Shown one piece after another: positions 23,501 through 34,493 of a stretch of DNA of 64,000 bases. Numbering within the stretch: the first letter of the stretch is position 1; every line of letters starts with the position of its first letter. Origin of the DNA: Thraustochytrium aureum (Eukaryota); NCBI GenBank assembly GCA_012862495.1, contig BLSG01000419.1, positions 74,121-138,120 on the forward strand, given 5' to 3'. The translations under genes were made by a program, and so were the position numbers. The notes under the pieces were generated by a model. That model saw only the letters and a program-made list of their open reading frames with translations. It was not told the origin of the DNA and made no database searches.

Positions 23501-26500
23501 GCTCGAGGAGCTGCGGGCCAAGAGCGCCGCTGACCTCAAGCTCGTCGCACACGAGCGCGAGCAGCGCGCGTCTGCATCCCGCGATGTCCGCGAGTTGGAG
23601 TCGCTCTTGAGCCAAGAGCTTGCCAGGTCGAGCAGTCTTGAGGCGGCTGTGGCGGCAGCGTCACCCCGGTCCCTGCACAGCAGAGCTGGGCAAGGACTCG
23701 AACAACACGCAGAAGAGCTGGCGTTGCGAGAGGAGCTCGAGTCGGCTCGCACAATGTTAGCCGCTCGAGAAGAGGAGCTCGCTGAGGCGCGGGCACGGCT
23801 CCGGGATGCCGACGAGCGTTTGGCGCTCGCCGAGGAGGCTGCGAAGGAGCTGCCAGGGCTTGAGCTCGCCAAACAGCAGCTGGAGAGTGAGCTTGCGCAG
23901 GCAAAAGCGCGGCACGAAACACTGCGCAGTGTCAACGTCGCGCAGGCGGCGCGGCTTGCCGCGTTCGAGGAGGGCCAAGCCACGGACGAATCGAGCTTGC
24001 GCCACGCCCTGCGCGCCGAGCTCGACGGACTCGCTCAACAGCACCAAGAAAGCGAAGTGCGCGCTGCCAGACTTGGCCTTGAGAACAAGCAACTTGAAGC
24101 GAAGGCAAAGCTCAGCCAGGAGGCCATCCTCGCGCTACAAGCGCAGGTAGCCGAGCTCCAGTCCCGCGAGTCGGCCCTTGGTCTCAAGCTCGCGACCTCA
24201 GAAAGTGCGGCAGAGGAGGCGCGAAACACCCTGGCGATTCGGAACATCCAGCTCCAAGCCGCAGAGCGCAATCTGGCAGAGAGCCAAGAGGCGGCCGCGA
24301 CGGCGCTTGCCTCGCCCCGTTCGCAGGGTTCGGGCGCCAGCGTCTCCAACCCGGCCGCAGAGGCAAGGATGATCCGCGCGCTTGCCGAGCAGCGCGAGAA
24401 GCTTTCTAGCGAACACGAACTCGAGAGCGCCGCCCTGCAAGAGAGACTCGACCAGGCCACGGCAGCCGAGCTGGAGGCGGCCAGGGAGCTGAGCCGACTT
24501 CGCGCAGAGCTTGCGTCCGTCAAGCGCAGTCTCGCCCTGCTGACTCAAGAATCGCGGGCCGCCGACGAGGAAGCAGCTGGGCTCAAACAAGAGCTGGAGG
24601 CTGCCCACGCGACGCGGCCGCCCTGCCGGGGCCGTGTCCGCCAGCTCGAGCTCGACCAGCTGCAGCTCTCGCGCGATANNNNNNNNNNNNNNNNNNNNNN
24701 NNNNNNNNNNNNNNNNNNNNNNNNNNNNNNNNNNNNNNNNNNNNNNNNNNNNNNNNNNNNNNNNNNNNNNNNNNNNNNNNNNNNNNNNNNNNNNNNNNNN
24801 NNNNNNNNNNNNNNNNNNNNNNNNNNNNNNNNNNNNNNNNNNNNNNNNNNNNNNNNNNNNNNNNNNNNNNNNNNNNNNNNNNNNNNNNNNNNNNNNNNNN
24901 NNNNNNNNNNNNNNNNNNNNNNNNNNNNNNNNNNNNNNNNNNNNNNNNNNNNNNNNNNNNNNNNNNNNNNNNNNNNNNNNNNNNNNNNNNNNNNNNNNNN
25001 NNNNNNNNNNNNNNNNNNNNNNNNNNNNNNNNNNNNNNNNNNNNNNNNNNNNNNNNNNNNNNNNNNNNNNNNNNNNNNNNNNNNNNNNNNNNNNNNNNNN
25101 NNNNNNNNNNNNNNNNNNNNNNNNNNNNNNNNNNNNNNNNNNNNNNNNNNNNNNNNNNNNNNNNNNNNNNNNNNNNNNNNNNNNNNNNNNNNNNNNNNNN
25201 NNNNNNNNNNNNNNNNNNNNNNNNNNNNNNNNNNNNNNNTGTCTCCGGAGCTCTCTGCGCGGGACACCAAGGGCGACGCCGATGCGTCGAGGCGCGGATC
25301 GAGCAGCGAGGCCTTCTTCGTGCGCGGGCCCGGCGCAGTTCGCGCGTGGCTGCGGCAGGCCCCGCGAGGGCGAGAGATGCTGCTCCGGGCGCGAATCCTC
25401 CTCCGCAAGCAAAAGCGCGAGCTTGAGCAGCAGCGTGACGCGCTCACGCGCGAGTGGTGGCTGCAGCAAGAAAAGCTTGAGAGACTGCGCTTCGAGCGAG
25501 GCAGTTCGATCGGCGGGGAGCAAGGGTCTGTGGCTGCCAAAGTGAAAGATATCTTGGAAGCGCAAGCTGGGAGTCTGGCCAGTGCGCTCGGTGACCTACG
25601 GAGCAAGGGCAAGTGGGTTAGCGAGGCCAGCGCCTTGCTTGACATGACGATCGCAGCTGCCAAAATGGCTCTTTCGAATCCCAAGAGCGCCGCGCTTCGG
25701 GACCGATTCGACGAGCTCCGGCTCAACTTTGCCGCGCTGCGGACGAAGAGCGACGGCATGGACGAAGCAGCAGAGTCAACTGGAGGCGCCCAGGGCTTCT
25801 CGTTTCCGTCCAGCTTGCCCGGTAGCGTGCGGCGCGACTCTGGCACGGAAGACGCCGACTCAGTTGCCGGGGGCGATTTTGGCCCAGACATGGGATTGGA
25901 CGAGGAAATCGACAACATCAACGCATTCAATGAGTTTGCGGGTGATCGGAGCAGGAGCAGTGCGCGCCGCGCCGCGGAGCTGGATTCAAACTTTGATGAC
26001 GAGTCAGACTGTACCGAGAACGACAGCGTGCTCGGCAACCAAAGGGGGCTCGGCAACCAAAGGGGGGCCAGCAGCAAGAGTTTCCATAGGCAGAAACCGC
26101 AAGCACAAGGGTACCCCGGCACCTTTGCGGGGCCTGAGGCGTATCTCTGGCCTCAGTTTGCCGCTGCTGCCGCTGCGGCTGCGGCTGCTACTGCAGCTGC
26201 CCCGACCTCGTTCCCTGCCACCTTTGGACCGAGCTCGATCCCATCGCGCATCGTTTACGTGGACACGGCTGGAAATGTTCTCGGCTCTGGCGAGGACTTT
26301 GGAATGCTGGGCTCTAGTTGCGGAGCGGCACTTCCGCTCTTCAACCGCCACGTGTCTGCGGGTTTTACTCGTGCTGACGAGCCAGAGTCGGGCGTGCCGC
26401 CCCCGGTGGCGCCGCGCCAAGGGTCAGTGGGGCTGCGAACTCTGTATGCCCCCTCAGACGACCTGGGCGGTGCAACCTCTGTTGTTGCCCCGAGCCAGCT

Positions 26501-26753
26501 CGAGCGTTCGCAGGCGAGGTCACTTGCAGCGCAACACTCTGCATGGTTGGTCAACTTTGGGAAGGAGATGCAGCGAGTGGCCAGCGAGCCAACCGCATAT
26601 CTTCGAGGCAGAGAAGGGCCCGCGCGGCACTTGCGCGTGAAGAAAAGGTTTCGGCCAATCAGCTCGCCCCGGGCCGTATCTTCGGAGCAGTTTCCGGCAC
26701 AGCGGAGCGCGCCGAGTGGCGCACGCAAGTCGCGCGGCCGGAACGGCACGTAG
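20550..26753 (+). CDS. CEP164: CEP164-like centriolar protein (N-terminal WW domain plus very long coiled coil); split by frameshifts near 21050 and 23350 and by two gaps
   Basis: LEEEIDPDYEPTETEVIEYAKWLGMD...LIWIAREGLKAPLPENWKPC...GEIYYFNF..GESTWDHPCD.YYR is the CEP164 N-terminal signature; more than 1000 aa of E/R/L-rich heptads follow. Confidence 0.8.
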
Positions 26754-27154
26754 ATGTCCATTCTCCGGAGACGTGACTCCATCGCGGCGCTGCTGTGGAC
26801 AGACGCTGCGCGGCGCAGCGTCGCGGCAGCGGCTCGAGTTGGCCTTGCCGCGAACGACGCGGCCTCGAGATGCGAGCAGCAAAAGGCGATAGGCACCGTT
26901 TGTAAACACGAAAGACCTGTCGGCAACAAGGATCGAGGCGGCAAAGGAAAGCGACGAAGGAAGTGGACGAGCGAGATGGACGAAAGACGGAAGGAAACAC
27001 GACAAACAACGACCCGAGGCCGGCGAAGGAAACCGACGTGCTCGATCCCGGGGCGTACAGCGTATGCCACAGGCCATACAACACGGCAGTGGGAGTGGCG
27101 TTTTAGCTTGCTGTATTTTTATATAAAATCAAACGGGCGTACGTATTCGGGGTC

Positions 27155-28141
27155 CTATTTCTGAGCCGCTCTGGAGGAAGAGACGTAAAAGTCCGACTCT
27201 GCCACCCAGCTGCTTCGATCCACGATCCTTGTGGACACATCAACTTGATAGCACTTGTCAAAGTACGGCTCCCTGTTGGGCGCCTCGTCTGATGAGGACC
27301 TGCGGGCCGGCTTTTGCCCAGCACGCTCTCGCGCCCGCCGCAAGTCGCGCCGACGCATAATCTCAAAGTAGTCGTTCTTCCCTACTCGCACCGTGAACTC
27401 TGCGACAATTCGCCGCCTGTTCTTGGGCCCTGGGCTCGAGCTAGAGCACTCGGGCCCAGCCGGCGCCTCGGCTTCGGCACTTGCGGTCTCGGAAAGTGGC
27501 TCAAAGCGGCTCCCAAAGGGGCTGATGAATTGGAGTTCTCTGCCATGGGCTGCTGCGTACGCCATCATTGCGACGTGGTCCGCGGCCTGCGCCGGCCCAA
27601 CTGCGTTCCTCGGACCTGGATCGATGCGGGGCACCTCAGTAAGAGGCGAGTGCAGATCAGCGGGGGGCGGCGATTCCGCGGCTGCCGTGCCTTGACTTGG
27701 TACCTTGGTTGTGCAACCGGCCCGCTCCAACGCGGCCCGTTCCCACGCATACAGCGGAACAGCCGCCTTGCTGCTCTTTGTGAGGTCACCAGTTGAAGGT
27801 TTCTGGCGCCGCGGCTTGGGCTTTTGCGGGGTGCTGCAAAGAGGCAGTGCCGGCGCAGACGACGAAGCAAGCGACTCGTCTCGCGTGTCAGCCTCGTTTT
27901 CACCCGCCTCGTCGCACTTCGCTTCTTCCGCAAAGTCGTGCTCGACACGCAAAAGTGGCCGAGCAGACTTGGAGGCTTTGCAAGTCGTGTGTTGCTCTTC
28001 GTCGGGGGTCGATGGCGATAGTGCAGCTCGAAGGCAGGCGCGCAGCTGCTCCACGACAGCGCTGCGAGCGTCGCCGTCATTCTCAAGGTAAAATTGGTCA
28101 AGCTGGTCAATGCGAAGTGATATCTCGCGATACAGAGTCTC
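27155..28141 (-). CDS. Hypothetical protein, last exon; upstream exon(s) probably within 28200-28630
   Basis: About 330-codon open frame starting just after a candidate acceptor (caaTAG near 28142); no recognisable domain. Confidence 0.5.
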   Translation of the reverse strand, partial: ETLYREISLRIDQLDQFYLENDGDARSAVVEQLRACLRAALSPSTPDEEQHTTCKASKSARPLLRVEHDFAEEAKCDEAGENEADTRDESLASSSAPALPLCSTPQKPKPRRQKPSTGDLTKSSKAAVPLYAWERAALERAGCTTKVPSQGTAAAESPPPADLHSPLTEVPRIDPGPRNAVGPAQAADHVAMMAYAAAHGRELQFISPFGSRFEPLSETASAEAEAPAGPECSSSSPGPKNRRRIVAEFTVRVGKNDYFEIMRRRDLRRARERAGQKPARRSSSDEAPNREPYFDKCYQVDVSTRIVDRSSWVAESDFYVSSSRAAQK

Positions 28142-28825
28142 CTATTGACAGACGAGTCGAGAAACGAAGGCGATATCAGATGGGGCATGGCGGAGGCATG
28201 ATACAACTCCGGCGTGTTCGACTTACACTCGGGCTCCGACGATATAGTTCGGTCGCAAACTGGACCTCCTCGCCCAGGCGTGGAAGCGCTTTGAGGCTCG
28301 GCTTTGTCCAGCGAATCATCCTGTTCTTTTCGCTCGGCACGTATCCTGCCGATTGGCTCATCGTCGCCACGCGCGGCGGCGCTGCACTCGGTCTCCTTCG
28401 GCAACCCGCAGCGCTTAGCGCTTGGGCAAGTCCGCGGTCGGTGTGCGCCAGTGGCAAGCGCTGCGATCGAGCAGAGTCGTCGACTGCGCAGCACGTGATA
28501 GATCGTGCGGCGCGCGCCTTGGGCACGTACAATGCGATCTGCTGCTCGAGCGCGGGCCGCGCCAGCGCCATTCAGCACTTGGCGCACGAACGAGGGCAAC
28601 GGATACAACGGCTTGGCGACGAACAATGGCATGGTCGATGCGCTGCAGCAAGGAAGGAAGGAAGGAAGGAAGGACGAACGGACAGTGCTCTGTCCTTGCC
28701 GGGGGCAGTCGAGGCGCCAGCCCGTGGTGGAGGCCGGCTCCGGCGGTGCCATTGACAGCCATCGGGAGCCAGGCCATCTCGCGTCGCGGTAGGCTGCGCG
28801 CAGCAGTCTCCTGCGTCAACCTGCC

Positions 28826-29228
28826 ATGACCGAGCTGTCTCGAACGCTCGCGAGGCTGGACGAGGTCCTCCAAGACCTTCGCCGCGCTGCCGAACGGGCG
28901 CAAGAGCCTGGCGCCGCGCAGCGTGAAGGGGCGCTTGGGGACGCCCGCATGGCGAAGGAGACGCATGCGGAGCTTTCCGAGCGCCTGGGGCCGCTCGCTG
29001 ACAAGTTTCGGAAACGCAGCGTGGAGCGGGACCCGGAGACGCAAGAGTTCAAGTACGGCGAGCGGTACCGCGTCCGAGCGAGCCAGGTCCTGGAGAAGCA
29101 CGGCGAAGCGCTGGCGGCTTGCCTTGTTATCCTCGAAAAGCTCAGCGGCGTGCAAGAAGCTGCGGCTGCCGCAGAGCGCGAGCGGCGCCGCGCAGAACAG
29201 GCGGCCGCGCAGGAGGCCGCCGAGCTCG
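28826..29228 (+). CDS. Hypothetical helical protein, N-terminal fragment
   Basis: ATG 28826, open to the gap, with coding-like composition (RDPETQEFKYGERY). Confidence 0.5.
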
Positions 29229-29824
29229 NNNNNNNNNNNNNNNNNNNNNNNNNNNNNNNNNNNNNNNNNNNNNNNNNNNNNNNNNNNNNNNNNNNNNNNN
29301 NNNNNNNNNNNNNNNNNNNNNNNNNNNNNNNNNNNNNNNNNNNNNNNNNNNNNNNNNNNNNNNNNNNNNNNNNNNNNNNNNNNNNNNNNNNNNNNNNNNN
29401 NNNNNNNNNNNNNNNNNNNNNNNNNNNNNNNNNNNNNNNNNNNNNNNNNNNNNNNNNNNNNNNNNNNNNNNNNNNNNNNNNNNNNNNNNNNNNNNNNNNN
29501 NNNNNNNNNNNNNNNNNNNNNNNNNNNNNNNNNNNNNNNNNNNNNNNNNNNNNNNNNNNNNNNNNNNNNNNNNNNNNNNNNNNNNNNNNNNNNNNNNNNN
29601 NNNNNNNNNNNNNNNNNNNNNNNNNNNNNNNNNNNNNNNNNNNNNNNNNNNNNNNNNNNNNNNNNNNNNNNNNNNNNNNNNNNNNNNNNNNNNNNNNNNN
29701 NNNNNNNNNNNNNNNNNNNNNNNNNNNNNNNNNNNNNNNNNNNNNNNNNNNNNNNNNNNNNNNNNNNNNNNNNNNNNNNNNNNNNNNNNNNNNNNNNNNN
29801 NNNNNNNNNNNNNNNNNNNNNNNA

Positions 29825-30563
29825 GGCATTTTTGAGCGACGGCCAGCGGCGAGCGAGCGTCACGAGCGTCATGTCGAAGCCTGCCGAGGCTCCCTCGCTC
29901 GAAGTGAAACGTGTCGCGCTGTTGACCAACGCTGCGAGTTGCACGCGTGACGAGCGAGCCTTCCGATTCCTGCGGAGGAGGAGCAGCAAGGAGGTGCGAA
30001 GGCAGTCCAAGCTCGCGGAAGATATCGAGCTTTTGGCACAGCTGACCTCTGAGGTCTCGCTGCGCGCCAGCAGCGACCCGGTGTGCCGAGCAGTGCGGCA
30101 GGTCCAAGACGCCTACGCCTTGAGCGACGAATCGATGAGCGCATACCTCCGTGCGCTGTGGCTGGTGGACGTCGAGTTCACGGCAACGCCCCTGAGCGAC
30201 ACGAGCTTTCGGCTTGCCCTGGTGGACGAGTCGGAGCTGCAAACAAAGCTTCACGAGGCGTCCTTTGACGAGTACGTGCAGTGGCACCTTCAGGCGCTTT
30301 TGGCCCGGTTTGACGAAGGCCAGGTCACGACGATCTGCGAGGCTGTGCGTCGCGGGTCTGTGAGCTTGGGCGCGGCCTCGGGTCCTCGCAGGCTCCCCGC
30401 GGGTGCGCGAAGAGTGCTTGCCGCAGATCTTCGCTCGCAAGTTGGTGTTCTTTGGGGCGTCGCGCCTCATGCGGGCACTGTAGTGAGGCGCGAGCTTTAT
30501 GCACGCCGGCCCTTGCTGCACATTTGTGATCTATGCACGCCGGCCCTTGCTGCACATTTGTGA
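29825..30563 (+). CDS. Hypothetical protein (same gene as the previous fragment or a separate one)
   Basis: Open frame of about 245 codons after the gap; its end is affected by a 34-bp duplication. Confidence 0.45.
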
Positions 30564-30565
30564 TC
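30498..30565 (+). repeat. Perfect 34-bp tandem duplication
   Basis: TATGCACGCCGGCCCTTGCTGCACATTTGTGATC x2. Confidence 0.9.
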
Positions 30566-30874
30566 TGATGGTGGGGCAGCGACGCGCGCACCGCGGCCTC
30601 GCGCCTCGAGGTTGTTATTTGTTATTTGCCTGGTTGCGCACGGCGGGGCAACTGCAGGCGAGCGCTCCTGACTGGACGGCGCCCCGGCGGATGCGCTGCA
30701 CCTGCCCACCTCGCACCAATCCGTGGGAATACGGCGCGCGCCGCGCCGCGCCCGGGGAGGCGGCTCCAAGGGAACGGAGCCGCAGCGCGAAGCACACACA
30801 CACACGTTGGTAGTTAGAGATATTGTAATTGATTGACGAACACCCCAGACGCCAAACCCAAAACCGGCAGCTAC

Positions 30875-31579
30875 CTACCTGCCGTTGTTGACGTTCGCGA
30901 AGAGCCTCCCGCCGAGCAGGCCCGCCAGCGGCGCAAAGACCCGGCCCAGCAAGTCTTCCACGCGTTCTACGTCGCGCCAAGGACGCGCAGCACGACGCCC
31001 TCCTGGTCGATGAGCGCACTACGCGCCACGTCGACGCCGGGGCTGACCGTGCCAGACTGCGCCGGGAGTGCCTCAAGAAGCGCCGGCATCCGCGAAACCG
31101 GCCCAACAAAGACGACCGTGGCCAGCGCATTCACCTTGCCCATTCTTGCACGCAGAGTCGGGCGCGGGGCTTGGCCTGAGGAAAGGACCACATTCTCCAA
31201 AAAGACGGGCAGCCCATCCACAGATATCGACGTGTTGTTCGAGTAAAGGTCAAAGTCCCACATCTCCTCAAAGCCGTTCATTCGCCCGCTGGTCAGCCAG
31301 TCAACAAAAACCAGGCTGGCGCCCCGCTCCAGCGCAAATTCCTGCTCCTGCCTGTACCTCGCTCCGCGAAAGCACGTGATCGGGTCTGGCGCGACGCAAA
31401 GCAGACCGCCGCGCGCCACGGACGCCCTCAGCCGCTGCTGCGCCACGTTCGTCCCAAGCTTTTTGAACACCTTTGTCGACGCCTGCGTGGTCAGCACGCA
31501 GCGCGCTCCAGGGCCGACGCTCGACTCGAACGCGACCTCGTCGCCGCTCACGAGCCCTCCGCCAAAGGTAATCACGTAC
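30875..31579 (-). CDS. ureD: Urease accessory protein UreD; 5' part in gap, apparent frameshift near 30970
   Basis: YVITFGGGLVSGD, LTTQASTKVFK, PDPITCFRGARYRQEQEF, LVFVDWLTSGR and WDFDLY. A shifted frame continues VERVEDLLGRVFAPLAGLLGG to a stop at 30875. Confidence 0.92.
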
Positions 31580-32522
31580 NNNNNNNNNNNNNNNNNNNNN
31601 NNNNNNNNNNNNNNNNNNNNNNNNNNNNNNNNNNNNNNNNNNNNNNNNNNNNNNNNNNNNNNNNNNNNNNNNNNNNNNNNNNNNNNNNNNNNNNNNNNNN
31701 NNNNNNNNNNNNNNNNNNNNNNNNNNNNNNNNNNNNNNNNNNNNNNNNNNNNNNNNNNNNNNNNNNNNNNNNNNNNNNNNNNNNNNNNNNNNNNNNNNNN
31801 NNNNNNNNNNNNNNNNNNNNNNNNNNNNNNNNNNNNNNNNNNNNNNNNNNNNNNNNNNNNNNNNNNNNNNNNNNNNNNNNNNNNNNNNNNNNNNNNNNNN
31901 NNNNNNNNNNNNNNNNNNNNNNNNNNNNNNNNNNNNNNNNNNNNNNNNNNNNNNNNNNNNNNNNNNNNNNNNNNNNNNNNNNNNNNNNNNNNNNNNNNNN
32001 NNNNNNNNNNNNNNNNNNNNNNNNNNNNNNNNNNNNNNNNNNNNNNNNNNNNNNNNNNNNNNNNNNNNNNNNNNNNNNNNNNNNNGGATGCAGGCCGGAC
32101 GCCAGCCAGGAGGGCCGCAGGCCGGCGAGCTGGCTGGCTGGAGGGCAGGCTGGAGGGCAGGCTGGAGCGCCGCGAACCGCGTCGAGCATCTGGCGCGTCC
32201 GCGCTCGCCCTCGCGCTATCGGGAGGTTTTCCGCGGGTCGTTGGGCGCTGGGCTGGTTGCTCCGGGCGCCGCGGGAGACGCGCTGGCGCCGCGCGTCCAG
32301 GAGAACTCGAGAGAGTTACACGAGCTGCGGTGGTCTTGGGCGTGACGAGCGGAGTCGTTCCTGCTCGATGCGGCAGGGCGTTATGGTTGACGAGGCGGCA
32401 GACACCGAACCTAGGCGAGCGGAGCGCGCAGGGACGCGGACGCGAAGAGCGCTTGGAGGCGGAGGAGACGCAGCGCAGGACGCGCACGGACGCAACCGAA
32501 CAGCTGCGGGATCTGCGCTGCG

Positions 32523-33791
32523 ATGGCGCCGGCGAGCGTTTTGGCCGCCTTCGCAGCCTGGTGCCTTGCGGCTGCGGTTCGCTGCTCCGCGGCCGAGTTT
32601 GTCTCGCTGGAGCTCGGCCGGGCGGGGACGAGCGTCTCGAAAGGCTGCGTATCGGCGTCAGAGTGCCGCGAGACCCGGTGGTGCTGGAGCGACCCCCGCA
32701 GGCCGCTCCTGAGCCCGCGCGGCGCGTGGAGCCCGGTCGTCGTGACAGTCGCGTGGCATGACGCAGGGAGGAGCGAAGGCGAGGTTTGCCTTGTCGGCGA
32801 GAGCAGCGACTCGTGGCTGCGCATGGACACGATCCGGGGGCTTGGCGTGAAGGGCGCGGTCAAAGACCGCATCAACCGGGTTTCACACGATGACGCAACC
32901 CCGATCGGCGTGGTTTCCAAGGTCTTCGAGCTGGTTTTGCAGTCCGCTATGTGCAAGAAGGAGTTGCAGTTTTCTCCGTTCGGCGAGACGTGCGTGCGCC
33001 TCGCGCGCGTCCCCGAGGTGGGGAATGCCACGGTGACCGTTTCGCACCGCAAGGTCCAAGTCAAGTACGCGCAGTGGATCATGCTCGGCTTTGCTTTGCT
33101 CGCGGCTGCCCCAATATTGAGCAACCAGCTGCCGTTCTACTATGTTTCTGGGGTGTTGCTCTGCGTGGCTTTCTCGGTTTTTGTTGCGACCAACTTTGTG
33201 CTCCGCAAGGCGACCGGGCGCAGGAGTTGGACGTTGTGGGTCGCGATCTTCTTCCAGAGCGCGTTTGGTTGGGTAGCTGTGGGCCAGGACATGCTGCAAA
33301 ACCTTTTCGAAGCGCACTCCGACTACGTGATCGCGTACCTGGCCGTGTCGGGCCTCGCAGGCTTTGCCCTAACACACTACGTGCTCCGAGGAAACGGGCC
33401 CGACGCGGGCCCCAGCACGGGGCTCAAGGACCTCGTGCGCTGGGGGATTCAAGCGTTCGGGTACTGGTGCCTGTTCATGGGGTCGGCCTCGGTCCAAGTC
33501 TCGGGCGCCATCGTCACCGCGGTGATCTGGTACCGCGTGCTGCTTCCTACGATTGGTGAGCGCTATCGAAGCGTTCGCTATTGGCTCGACCCGAACTGGG
33601 ACGTAGTCCGGCTCAAGGAGCCCTACATCGCACGCCCTTTTCTCACTGCTGAAGAGTACGCCGAGGAAACGATTGCGTGTACCGAGTCTGCTCAGCAAAA
33701 GCTCTTTGGGAGCCCCGAGTTTCGCGCGTGGATGCTCCAAAACATGGATCGCATCAGGGTGTTGCCACCCACGGGCTCTGCGCAAGAGTGA
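32523..33791 (+). CDS. NEMP: Nuclear envelope integral membrane protein (NEMP/TMEM194 family)
   Basis: Signal peptide; APILSNQLPFYYVSG, YVIAYLAVSGLAGFALTHY, LVRWGIQ and FLTAEEYAEE...T..A.QKL motifs. Confidence 0.85.
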   Translation: MAPASVLAAFAAWCLAAAVRCSAAEFVSLELGRAGTSVSKGCVSASECRETRWCWSDPRRPLLSPRGAWSPVVVTVAWHDAGRSEGEVCLVGESSDSWLRMDTIRGLGVKGAVKDRINRVSHDDATPIGVVSKVFELVLQSAMCKKELQFSPFGETCVRLARVPEVGNATVTVSHRKVQVKYAQWIMLGFALLAAAPILSNQLPFYYVSGVLLCVAFSVFVATNFVLRKATGRRSWTLWVAIFFQSAFGWVAVGQDMLQNLFEAHSDYVIAYLAVSGLAGFALTHYVLRGNGPDAGPSTGLKDLVRWGIQAFGYWCLFMGSASVQVSGAIVTAVIWYRVLLPTIGERYRSVRYWLDPNWDVVRLKEPYIARPFLTAEEYAEETIACTESAQQKLFGSPEFRAWMLQNMDRIRVLPPTGSAQE

Positions 33792-33818
33792 GCGCGGAAA
33801 ATCCATGATGCAAAAGCT

Positions 33819-34230
33819 GCAGCGTTATCGCGCGGCAGCGTTCTTGCGCGGCAGCGTTATNNNNNNNNNNNNNNNNNNNNNNNNNNNNNNNNNNNNNNNN
33901 NNNNNNNNNNNNNNNNNNNNNNNNNNNNNNNNNNNNNNNNNNNNNNNNNNNNNNNNNNNNNNNNNNNNNNNNNNNNNNNNNNNNNNNNNNNNNNNNNNNN
34001 NNNNNNNNNNNNNNNNNNNNNNNNNNNNNNNNNNNNNNNNNNNNNNNNNNNNNNNNNNNNNNNNNNNNNNNNNNNNNNNNNNNNNNNNNNNNNNNNNNNN
34101 NNNNNNNNNNNNNNNNNNNNNNNNNNNNNNNNNNNNNNNNNNNNNNNNNNNNNNNNNNNNNNNNNNNNNNNNNNNNNNNNNNNNNNNNNNNNNNNNCGCG
34201 GCAGCGTTATTGCGTGGCAGCGTTTTTGCG
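33819..34230 (+). repeat. 16-bp minisatellite on both sides of a gap
   Basis: GCAGCGTT(A/C/T)T(C/T)GCG(C/T)G units at both gap edges. Confidence 0.8.
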
Positions 34231-34493
34231 AGCCGCTCAGAGGCAGCGCCGCACGCATGCCTGTTGCGACACTTGCCTCTGCCGTCGGGTAACTATTGTA
34301 GGAGCTGGAAAGGAACGAGTCGTCAACATCTTTTGGTTTCAATCAAAAAACTTCGTGCATTCTACTACGAAGTACTTTTCTCACTCAACCGGCATAAAAT
34401 TCAATCACTTGGGGCTCAAACTGTAGAGCGCCTTGCCTGCTACTCCAAGCCGAGCTTGAGAATTGTCCTGTATCCTGTAACCCGTTCAACGCC

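Noticed and set aside
30498..30565. Perfect 34-bp duplication as a target-site duplication or recombination site
   Set aside because: The copies are adjacent with no element between them; slippage or an assembly artefact is more likely.
30875..31579. Bacterial urease operon or contamination
   Set aside because: UreD is solitary among eukaryotic genes, and plants, fungi and stramenopiles carry their own UreD.
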